A stretch of DNA of 64,000 bases from Candidatus Latescibacterota bacterium (GTDB lineage: Bacteria > Latescibacterota > CBDEFO01). The DNA lies in NCBI GenBank assembly GCA_965237525.1, contig CBDEFO010000003.1:55468-119467 (forward strand), in the 5' to 3' direction. The notes below the pieces were generated by a model, which made no database searches, was not told where the DNA came from, and worked only from the letters and a program-made list of their open reading frames with translations. A program made the translations under genes and the position numbers. Positions 57,128-64,000 of the stretch are shown here, in pieces; position 1 is the first letter of the stretch; the number at the start of each line of letters is the position of its first letter.

Positions 57128-58465
57128 CTATTTCCCCCTCCTGACTTCCACCTTCAAAACCCTCCTGTCGGTCGCATCCACAACCCTGAACCATACGCCC
57201 TCTTGTGACATAATCTCCCCTACCTTGGGTAGCCTTCCGAAAAACGAGATGAGCATTCCGCCTATCGTCTCGTAATCCTCCTTTTCAATCTTCAAGCCAA
57301 GTTTTTCGTTCAATTCATCTATCTCCATCCTACCTTCTACGACTACTGCATCCCTTGTGAGCTCAATTCCACTTGATCTATCGTATTCATCCTCTATTTC
57401 TCCCACGACTTCCTCTACAATATCTTCCAAGGTTACTATCCCGGAGATTCCCCCATACTCATCCACGACCGTGCCCACATGCTTCCCGTTGGCCCTGAGA
57501 TCGGCCAGTACTTCCTCGGCGCTTTTCGTCTCAGGCACGATATAGACATCGTCCATGACCTCTTCAACAGGGGCATTTTCGTCCAACCCAATTAGATCGA
57601 CGGCGTGAACCATGCCCACCACATTATCCACTCTGTCTCTATAGACCGGAATCCTCGAATGTCCTGTCTGGATCATCAGTTTTGCAGTATGACCAACATT
57701 TTCAGACACAGACACAGCCACAATATCTATCAGGGGGACCATAATCTCCCTAGTTCTGAGCTCCCCAAAGTGGAATATATGGTGGATCATTCTTCTTTCA
57801 TCTCTGTGCAGAGCTCCGTGCCTTTCACCCTCCCTTACGAGTATCTGAATCTCATCTCTGGTGACAAAGGGGCTTTCATTTTTGACATCGCCGCCAACTA
57901 TCTTGGCAATAAGATTTGAAATAGAAGTAACAATCGCCACAATGGGGAGCATCGCAAAATACGACACCTTCAGAGGAAAGATTGTTACGAGGACCAACCT
58001 GTCGGCATACTGCCTTGCCAGGGACATCGGCACTATCTCGCCGAAGATAAGGATCAGAGGCCACATAATCGCCGCAGAGACTATAGCCACAAGGTCCTTG
58101 CTCACCCATTCGACCGCCAGGCTCGCAGCGACTGCAGACCCTGCGACAATAGGCAAGTTCACTCCCACCATCGTAGCTGCCAAGAATTTCTGTGGCTCAT
58201 CCAAAAAATCCACGGCAACCTTTGCCAGCTTGTTACCGCTTTCGGACAGATGGCGCAATTTTAGCCTGTTGCAGGAGAGCATAACCATTTCAACTCCGCT
58301 AAAAAACGCCTGTGCTCCCAGGCACATAAGGATGATGATTATTCCTGTAAGTTCACTCAAAGTATCCGGCGCTCTCCTTTTTAACAAGTAAGTGGACAGG
58401 CGTGCCCCCGCCGCTAAGATTGCTTGGGTCTTAGGTCCCCTCGCAATGACCCAAGTGAAAGCCAA
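57128..58465 (-). CDS. DUF21(CNNM)-CBS-CorC_HlyC membrane protein (CorC/TlyC family)
   Basis: N-terminal multi-TM DUF21, a CBS pair (…REIMVPL.DIV…, …VVDEYGG.SGIVTLEDI.EE.VGEI.DE), and a CorC_HlyC tail. The true start is probably downstream of 58465. Confidence 0.8.
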   Translation of the reverse strand: MAFTWVIARGPKTQAILAAGARLSTYLLKRRAPDTLSELTGIIIILMCLGAQAFFSGVEMVMLSCNRLKLRHLSESGNKLAKVAVDFLDEPQKFLAATMVGVNLPIVAGSAVAASLAVEWVSKDLVAIVSAAIMWPLILIFGEIVPMSLARQYADRLVLVTIFPLKVSYFAMLPIVAIVTSISNLIAKIVGGDVKNESPFVTRDEIQILVREGERHGALHRDERRMIHHIFHFGELRTREIMVPLIDIVAVSVSENVGHTAKLMIQTGHSRIPVYRDRVDNVVGMVHAVDLIGLDENAPVEEVMDDVYIVPETKSAEEVLADLRANGKHVGTVVDEYGGISGIVTLEDIVEEVVGEIEDEYDRSSGIELTRDAVVVEGRMEIDELNEKLGLKIEKEDYETIGGMLISFFGRLPKVGEIMSQEGVWFRVVDATDRRVLKVEVRRGK

Positions 58466-58482
58466 ACGATGTCATTGCGAGC
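58439..58482. repeat. TCGCAATGAC ... GTCATTGCGA inverted repeat
   Basis: Perfect 10-bp arms separated by 20 nt. It has the same core as the 8034 and 9394 elements and lies between the two CBS genes. Confidence 0.55.
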
Positions 58483-58539
58483 AACAGCTAAGCTATTTCT
58501 TAAACAGGACATCACCATCCCTGCGTACTGTCTACTTGT

Positions 58540-59814
58540 TCAATCTGTGTCCTCTGAAGAAAGTTCCCCCTGATCTTTTAGCTTTCTGACTTCAACCACA
58601 TGTATCCTGTTTGCCTCTGCCTCTGTAACCACAAACTCCATATTATCGTGCACTAACTTATACCCTACATCAGGTATCTTTCCCAGGCGACCAATTATAA
58701 ATCCTCCAATTGTCTTATGAGCCTCGTCCTGAAGATTCGTTCCAAATACCTCGTTGAAGGCGTCAAGCTCTATTTGGCCGGCTACCCTCACGGTCATCGA
58801 ATCAATCCTTTCAAACAAAGTATCCGTTTCCTCTTTATCAGCTACCTTGCCGAATATTTCCTCCAAAAGGTCCTCCATAGTGACTAAACCCGACACAGAG
58901 CCGTACTCATCCACCGCCAAGGCGATGTGGATTCTATCCCGCCTGAATTCCCTCAGAATCTCTCCTGCCCGCTTTTGCTCAGGCACGAACGACACAGAGC
59001 GCAGTCTCCTGCTCATATCAAAGTCATCTTTGCCCTTAGCTCCTAAAAGATCCTTAGCGTACAGGATCCCGACCACATTGTCAAAATCACCCTTGTAGAC
59101 CGGTATCCTGGAATATCTTTTCTCCCTTATCGAACTTATAACTTCATCTATAGGGGAGTCTATATCCAGCGTGAACATCTGAGCCTTGGGACTCATCACG
59201 TCCGCGGCCCTTTTTTTTCCCAGGTCTATCACCCGTTGCATCATCTCTTTTTCCTTTAGATCGAGCACACCTTCCTGCCCTCCCGCCTCAAGAGCAACCT
59301 TCAATTCCTCCTCCGTAATTCCCGATTCAGGGGGAGGTTCCCCCATGCTTGCCAGCCAGATTATAAGGTCCACAATCGCTCTTACCAATCTCCTCACCGG
59401 AAATATGACTTTCGACACTGTGCTTATGATGGGTGCCACTATAAAAGAAATTCGCTCGGCATTATGAATTGCTATTGTCTTGGGGGCGATCTCGCCGAAC
59501 ACTAATATCAAAAAGCCCATAACGACGATAGATATTTCCAGCCCCATCTCGCCTAAAACCCGCTCAGCTATACGCTCGGCTATAGTTGCAGAATAGATAT
59601 TTACAAACATGTTCACCGACAAGATAGAGATCAAGAGTCTCCGTGGGTTCTTTAAAAGTTCCACTATGAGCTTACCCTTCTTATCCTCCTCCTGTTCGAA
59701 CCTTTCCAATCTCACCTGGCTCAAAGAGAAAAGCGCTGTCTCAGAACATGAGAAGAACGCTGACAAAAAAAGCAGGATTACCAACATCAATAATGGAAGC
59801 CATAGATATTCCAT
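58540..59814 (-). CDS. DUF21(CNNM)-CBS-CorC_HlyC membrane protein, paralogue
   Basis: Same architecture as the preceding gene: FFSCSETALFSL, AVDEYGSVSGLVTMEDLLEEIFG, and a C-terminal CorC_HlyC domain. Confidence 0.85.
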   Translation of the reverse strand: MEYLWLPLLMLVILLFLSAFFSCSETALFSLSQVRLERFEQEEDKKGKLIVELLKNPRRLLISILSVNMFVNIYSATIAERIAERVLGEMGLEISIVVMGFLILVFGEIAPKTIAIHNAERISFIVAPIISTVSKVIFPVRRLVRAIVDLIIWLASMGEPPPESGITEEELKVALEAGGQEGVLDLKEKEMMQRVIDLGKKRAADVMSPKAQMFTLDIDSPIDEVISSIREKRYSRIPVYKGDFDNVVGILYAKDLLGAKGKDDFDMSRRLRSVSFVPEQKRAGEILREFRRDRIHIALAVDEYGSVSGLVTMEDLLEEIFGKVADKEETDTLFERIDSMTVRVAGQIELDAFNEVFGTNLQDEAHKTIGGFIIGRLGKIPDVGYKLVHDNMEFVVTEAEANRIHVVEVRKLKDQGELSSEDTD

Positions 59815-59914
59815 CTTCGGAACCTATGATAAAAAAAGGCGTTAAAAGGCCGACGGACTCTGTCAAAGATTATATCGACTCTTCAAACACCTCCACCAAC
59901 AAGAGTTCAGCCCT

Positions 59915-61030
59915 TTAGAAAAATACGTGAAGTTCAAAGGTTAACCGATCTTCACTTTCCCGGGGTCTCTGAGGGACACTATCGTTGATGTGGTAAAACA
60001 CGCTCAACTGAAGAAACTGGGTTATGAAGGGTTCCAAGCCAATAGTTACCCTTTCGCTTTCGTCCTCATCAACTTGGGGATCGGCATCGAAAAATCGGTC
60101 CCAGAAATCGTAAGTCACCTTGAGGTTGATACCCTTTGTAATCAAAAAGTCAAGTTCCCCCAAAAAGGCAAGTTCCTTTCCAAAACGGTCGTCCCTGTCA
60201 CTATCTATAAAGTCTAACTCGCTTAAAAGAGTCAATCTTCCGAAATTTGCTCCTGCAAAGTGTCCATATACCTTCCTGGTCGTTCCGGGAAACTTGTTCC
60301 TTGAAAACGATCCTCCGAACCTGAAATGTCTGAAAACAACATAACCTATCAAGGACACCTGCTTACTCCTGTTGTCATCAGATAATCCCCGTCCGGACCC
60401 GTTGCTTAGAGCTACGCTAAAAGAAAAAGGCCCGGGCTCTATGCCGCCTTCTATACCGAAGTCTTGTATATTGTAGTTAAACCCCGTCTTCTCCCTTATA
60501 AATGCAGCATTGTCCAGGAGTCTTAATCCGAACGGGAGCAGCATCCTTCCCGCCTTGAAATAGCCCCTCAAGGGCAGATTGTATAAGATCCCGTATGCCT
60601 CCCTGTTGCTTGCCCCAGACGGACCTAAGTTCTCATCAACATACAAAGTTAGCAAATCCTTTATGAGCTCCATCTCCACATAAGCGTTCGCGGTTCTGAT
60701 CTCTATGCTGTTATCGTTTTCTCTATCCACTCCGAATATCGTCTGGTTATTAACCCTCAAATCCGCGCCTAGAGATATATAATCGTTTAGCCTGTTGTCA
60801 AAAAGGGCTTCGTTAGAACGTTTGACGAATCTGTGGGGGAGACGCGTGTAGCTGTACATCAGGCCGAAATCGGTCCTTTTTCCTCCTCCCGTCGGATTCA
60901 CATGGCACTGGCTGCACTTGTATCCCGTCCTCGCTGCCAGATAAGGCTCAGCGCGGCAGAACTTTGGAAGAACTACAGCTCCTGAAACTAGTATCCAGAT
61001 CAGACACACAGCCTTTAACTTTTTTTTCAC
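59915..61030 (-). CDS. outer-membrane beta-barrel protein with N-terminal CXXCH haem motif (Cyc2-like fused cytochrome-porin candidate)
   Basis: Signal peptide, then YKCSQCH (about 60902-60916) some 12 residues after the predicted cleavage site. About 320 aa of alternating beta-strand-like text follows, ending ...TFELHVFF (terminal Phe, an OMP signature). Confidence 0.6.
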   Translation of the reverse strand: MKKKLKAVCLIWILVSGAVVLPKFCRAEPYLAARTGYKCSQCHVNPTGGGKRTDFGLMYSYTRLPHRFVKRSNEALFDNRLNDYISLGADLRVNNQTIFGVDRENDNSIEIRTANAYVEMELIKDLLTLYVDENLGPSGASNREAYGILYNLPLRGYFKAGRMLLPFGLRLLDNAAFIREKTGFNYNIQDFGIEGGIEPGPFSFSVALSNGSGRGLSDDNRSKQVSLIGYVVFRHFRFGGSFSRNKFPGTTRKVYGHFAGANFGRLTLLSELDFIDSDRDDRFGKELAFLGELDFLITKGINLKVTYDFWDRFFDADPQVDEDESERVTIGLEPFITQFLQLSVFYHINDSVPQRPRESEDRLTFELHVFF

Positions 61031-61057
61031 CTTCCCGCCTGTGACTCGTAGAAGAGT

Positions 61058-62161
61058 TCAATCGTTATTGGCTCCCCTTAATATCCACTCCTTTATCACA
61101 TCTATTTGCTCCTGGGGCAGGGGTGGCTCACCGGAAAAGAAAGGCGGCATCTGGTCTCCCACGATTCCGTTCCTGCCTTCCAACTTCCAGATCATATAGC
61201 TGTTCTCAGGGTCGCCCGGATCTACTCTCGGGATTCCTATCGAACTGTCGACCCCGACCAAATTATCGAAGGACTCGCCCTCCTCAAGGGTGAAAGGCCC
61301 TGTCCCTCCTGGGACGTGGCAATTTATACATATTGCGCTAAATACATTTTCCTGAATAGCTGACAGCGTGGGCGGGAAGGGTCCGGACATCTGGACGCTG
61401 ACCATGATATTGACCACCACACTCGACTCGTCGCTGTCATTGCTTATAATCTCTACCGCACCCTCAGCTGAGGTGGCTTGGAGGAGGGATGTGTTGATCA
61501 GCAGCTTAAGGAACACTGACCCACCCGGTGGCACTGTTTCATCAGATAGCGCCAGGGGGGTGATCCAGTCGACAGTTGAGACCAGACTGCTCAACGCCAG
61601 ATCGGCGCTTCCCAGGTTCTGGATAGTCACAGTAAGAGTGTCCGACTCTCCCTCCACTATCTCTGCGCTGAGATCAAGGGGGGTAACATTTATCTCCGGC
61701 AGCGGCATCTCTGTGACGGTCAGGACGATTGCGATTGTCTCAGATGGACTCTCTGCGTCGTCGCTCAGGATCGTAAGCGTCCCCTCTGATGAGCCAAGAG
61801 GGATATCGGTTGCATCAATCCTAATGAGGATCTCCAGCGACTCGTCTTGGCCCAGAGCTTTGGAGGCCACAAGCGTCGTGGCCCACGGCACGTCCGAGCT
61901 GACACTCAAGACAGTCAGCGGAAACCCTCCCACGTTTGTGACCGTCACCGAGACTGTGTCGACCGTTTCCTGAGTCAGCGAAAGGCTGACCTGCCCAGGC
62001 GCCACCTGGATCTGAGGCGGACCGAGGGGATTCCCCTGCGGATCCAAAGTGCTGCCGTCTCCGGCGCAGGACAGAACAGAAATAGCGAACCCCAACAAAA
62101 GACATAAAATCCAAACTACCCTATTTTCCGCCTTGATAGTCCCCGTCCTTCGTCTTCTCAT
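61058..62161 (-). CDS. lipoprotein with two Ig-like beta-sandwich repeats and a C-terminal monohaem cytochrome c (Planctomycete PSCyt-like) domain
   Basis: The N-terminus MRRRR...ILCLLLGFAISVLSC contains a lipobox. There are two about 100-aa T/S/V-rich repeats (VSVTVTNVGGFPLTVLSV..., LTVTIQNLGSADLALSSL...). The C-terminus reads IQENVFSAICINCH...VDPGDPENSYMIWKL...MPP...L..EQIDVIKEWI. Confidence 0.65.
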   Translation of the reverse strand: MRRRRTGTIKAENRVVWILCLLLGFAISVLSCAGDGSTLDPQGNPLGPPQIQVAPGQVSLSLTQETVDTVSVTVTNVGGFPLTVLSVSSDVPWATTLVASKALGQDESLEILIRIDATDIPLGSSEGTLTILSDDAESPSETIAIVLTVTEMPLPEINVTPLDLSAEIVEGESDTLTVTIQNLGSADLALSSLVSTVDWITPLALSDETVPPGGSVFLKLLINTSLLQATSAEGAVEIISNDSDESSVVVNIMVSVQMSGPFPPTLSAIQENVFSAICINCHVPGGTGPFTLEEGESFDNLVGVDSSIGIPRVDPGDPENSYMIWKLEGRNGIVGDQMPPFFSGEPPLPQEQIDVIKEWILRGANND

Positions 62162-63089
62162 TATCCTCCCAGAACAGCTTGTAAAAGAATCCCTTTTTCT
62201 CTGTAAGAGACTGAACGTAGTGAACCAAAGACCACTTCCTACTCACCTCTATAGCGGTCTTCTCCTCATCTGACATAGTGTCCCTTTCCTGCCTTGTAAT
62301 CAGACTCTTTATGTAATCCTTAACCCCTTTGATTTCATCATCAGAGTAATAACCCTCAAAGGTCACAAGGTCCTGATAGCTTTCTCTCGTAAAGAGAAAA
62401 CTCCTGGCGTAGGAGGGCATGGGAGTTCCGCTCAAGCCCGTATTAAACACCCTGTAGATGTCCTTATTCGCCCGACCGCCTTTGTACTCTCCCTTTGTAA
62501 AATCATAAGCCTCTATCGGATTTCCCCAGCTGTCTTTGAGATTATCGGAAGAGGGGCCATCGCCTTTTCCCCTCTTGCCGTGACATTTCCAGCACTGCAT
62601 GAGCATGTATATCTTTTCACCCTGGGCTATCGTCTCCTGGGTGACCGGCATCTCCTGTGGTATATCTATCGGCGCTTTAGGCCTTCTTTTTTCAAACTTA
62701 CTTGAAAAGGTCTTGATGTACTGAATTACAAACATCCGCTCGTCCTCCGAGAGAATATCTCCCCAGGCGGGCATGGAAGTACCCGGAATTCCCCTGGATA
62801 TAGTCCTGAATATATCCTCATCTGCAGGAAGAGATCCCGATGGCGTAGAGCGGAACTTGTAAGCCCCCTTGGTAAAGTCTCTCGGCTTGGGATCAAGATA
62901 CTTCGCAGCGGGTCCACTTCCGTTCCCGCTCTGGCTGTGACACGCTGCGCACGCCTTATTGTATATCCTCTCTCCCCTGAGGGCTGAGACGCTCCATTCC
63001 TTGCTTGATTGGCTGTCAGAGGAAAAGGCGCAGCCAGGAACGCAGAGCCACAAGACGTTGACAGTCCAGAAAATAGGAATTGACCTCAT
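62121..63089 (-). CDS. periplasmic dihaem cytochrome c
   Basis: Signal peptide and two haem motifs, CAACH and CWKCH, each followed by a Met-containing distal region (GIPGTSMPAW, LSGTPMPSY). Its stop overlaps the next gene's start by 41 nt. Confidence 0.8.
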   Translation of the reverse strand: MRSIPIFWTVNVLWLCVPGCAFSSDSQSSKEWSVSALRGERIYNKACAACHSQSGNGSGPAAKYLDPKPRDFTKGAYKFRSTPSGSLPADEDIFRTISRGIPGTSMPAWGDILSEDERMFVIQYIKTFSSKFEKRRPKAPIDIPQEMPVTQETIAQGEKIYMLMQCWKCHGKRGKGDGPSSDNLKDSWGNPIEAYDFTKGEYKGGRANKDIYRVFNTGLSGTPMPSYARSFLFTRESYQDLVTFEGYYSDDEIKGVKDYIKSLITRQERDTMSDEEKTAIEVSRKWSLVHYVQSLTEKKGFFYKLFWEDNEKTKDGDYQGGK

Positions 63090-63267
63090 TCTTAGCTCCC
63101 GTAATCATCCTTCTCAAATAAAAAGCGACAGATGCTGTAACCCATCGCCTGAAGGTCTACTCTTTCGCCCCCTCGATAACACAAGCAATTTAATACATAA
63201 AATATCAAATGTCAAGGAAGATTTGACGCACATATAGATAGCCCTACGCATAAGCTTAAGTTTATAG

Positions 63268-63296
63268 TTGACAATCATCTTTTGCTGTTTTATCTT
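63268..63296 (+). promoter_or_regulatory. near-consensus sigma70-type promoter
   Basis: TTGACA (63268-63273), a 17-nt spacer, then TATCTT (63291-63296). It lies 85 nt before the following ATG. Confidence 0.4.
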
Positions 63297-63381
63297 TCGT
63301 GATGAGTAGAACCTTGGCTATAGGCACTGCAAATCGCAGATTAAACTATTTTATGCGATAACCCTAAAGAAGGTGATAAGA

Positions 63382-64000
63382 ATGAAAGTATCAAAAGATA
63401 AAATCAGGAGGCCTGCAGTTGCGGGTCAGTTCTACTCTGGCGACCCTGAGGTCCTAAAAAGAGAGGTTGTGGAACTTTTAGAGCACGCCGATGACGCCGA
63501 TGTCAAGGGACAAATCACTGCCCTTATGTGTCCACACGCGGGATACCCCTACTCAGGCAGGATAGCCGCATCAGCCTACAAACAGATCCAGGGACAGGAC
63601 ATAGACACAGTCGTAGTCACAGCGCCAAGCCACAGGGATGTCTTCCAGGGGGCCTCCATCTACAACGGAGGAGCCTACCAGACCCCATTGGGGACTATTC
63701 CTGTGGATGTGGAACTTGCTTGTGCCATGGCCCAGCAAGATCCTGACATATTCCGTCTCGGAGACGACGGGCACAAGGATGAACACTCCTTAGAAGTTCA
63801 ACTTCCCTTTTTGCAGGAAACCCTAAAAAACTTCAGGATCGTCCCCATAGTCCTTTGCGAGCTTTCTCTTGATCTTGTAAAACGCCTCGCCGACGCTGTT
63901 GCCTCCGCTATAAAGGGCAGGAAACTCCTCATCGTCGCAAGCTCTGACCTCTATCACGGTTACTCATATAAAGAGTGCTTACGATCCGATTCTAAGACCC
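63382..64000 (+). CDS. AmmeMemoRadiSam system protein B (MEMO1 family), 3' end outside the window
   Basis: MKVSKDKIRRPAVAGQFYSGDP, CPHAGYPYSG, APSHR and HSLEVQLPFLQ are MEMO-family hallmarks. The frame is open to base 64000. Not in the track because it has no stop. Confidence 0.75.
   Translation, partial: MKVSKDKIRRPAVAGQFYSGDPEVLKREVVELLEHADDADVKGQITALMCPHAGYPYSGRIAASAYKQIQGQDIDTVVVTAPSHRDVFQGASIYNGGAYQTPLGTIPVDVELACAMAQQDPDIFRLGDDGHKDEHSLEVQLPFLQETLKNFRIVPIVLCELSLDLVKRLADAVASAIKGRKLLIVASSDLYHGYSYKECLRSDSKT

Noticed and set aside
1-64000. Global reassignment of TGA (code 4 or 25) to explain the in-frame TGA codons
   Set aside because: Most long conserved genes are complete under the standard code, and several end at TGA with sensible lengths (for example the CitE-like gene, the MerT-like gene itself and the dinB fragment). 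The in-frame TGAs are isolated cases.
1-64000. A phage-defence island, prophage or toxin-antitoxin modules of known type
   Set aside because: I see no integrase or recombinase, restriction-modification, cas, Abi, or nuclease/ATPase defence signatures, and no phage structural genes. The only mobile genes are the IS transposases.

Overview
This 64-kb window looks like chromosome from an uncultured Gram-negative-type bacterium (outer-membrane proteins, HflKC, LpxL-type acyltransferase, TonB-like gene); I cannot place the lineage. By eye (not computed), the backbone is about 43-47% GC. Three richer blocks (about 53-62% GC) interrupt it at roughly 1-4100, 15150-18600 and 43000-50800.

Housekeeping and metabolic genes:
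- tpiA, coaE, hflKC, a cell-wall amidase, and two CBS/DUF21 proteins.
- A GH57 alpha-glucan cluster with a galT-like gene.
- A CitE-like lyase with a SucCD-like CoA ligase.
- A polyol dehydrogenase / sugar kinase / HPS-PHI block, and a two-subunit Na+/solute symporter.

Metal genes:
- A csoR-led operon: outer-membrane protein, HMA periplasmic protein, MerT-like membrane protein, NHL propeller protein.
- An arsR plus P1B-ATPase pair.

The region is very dynamic:
- Four nearly identical 1519-bp IS copies (IS1182/IS5-like, 4-bp TTAA/CTAA duplications). One carries a nonsense mutation. One has mismatched flanks and two truncated neighbour genes.
- Several gene remnants (dinB, recG, a YeeE-like piece, a Crp-like piece, a tpiA 3' copy).
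- At least six single-base frameshifts in otherwise conserved genes.

Most interesting observations:
1. A tandem array of identical 31-aa hydrophobic peptide genes that the ORF track does not show.
2. An in-frame TGA exactly at the second Cys of the CC motif of the MerT-like gene.
3. A small CCCCGATT-N-AATCGGGG palindromic element family found inside coding sequences. One copy carries C9/G11 homopolymers and breaks a GH57 gene.
4. An operon coding for a porin with an N-terminal CXXCH motif, a lipoprotein cytochrome and a dihaem cytochrome c, which could form an outer-membrane electron conduit.

All coordinates set by hand may be off by 1-2 nt. No database search was possible, so family names rest on motifs I recognise.
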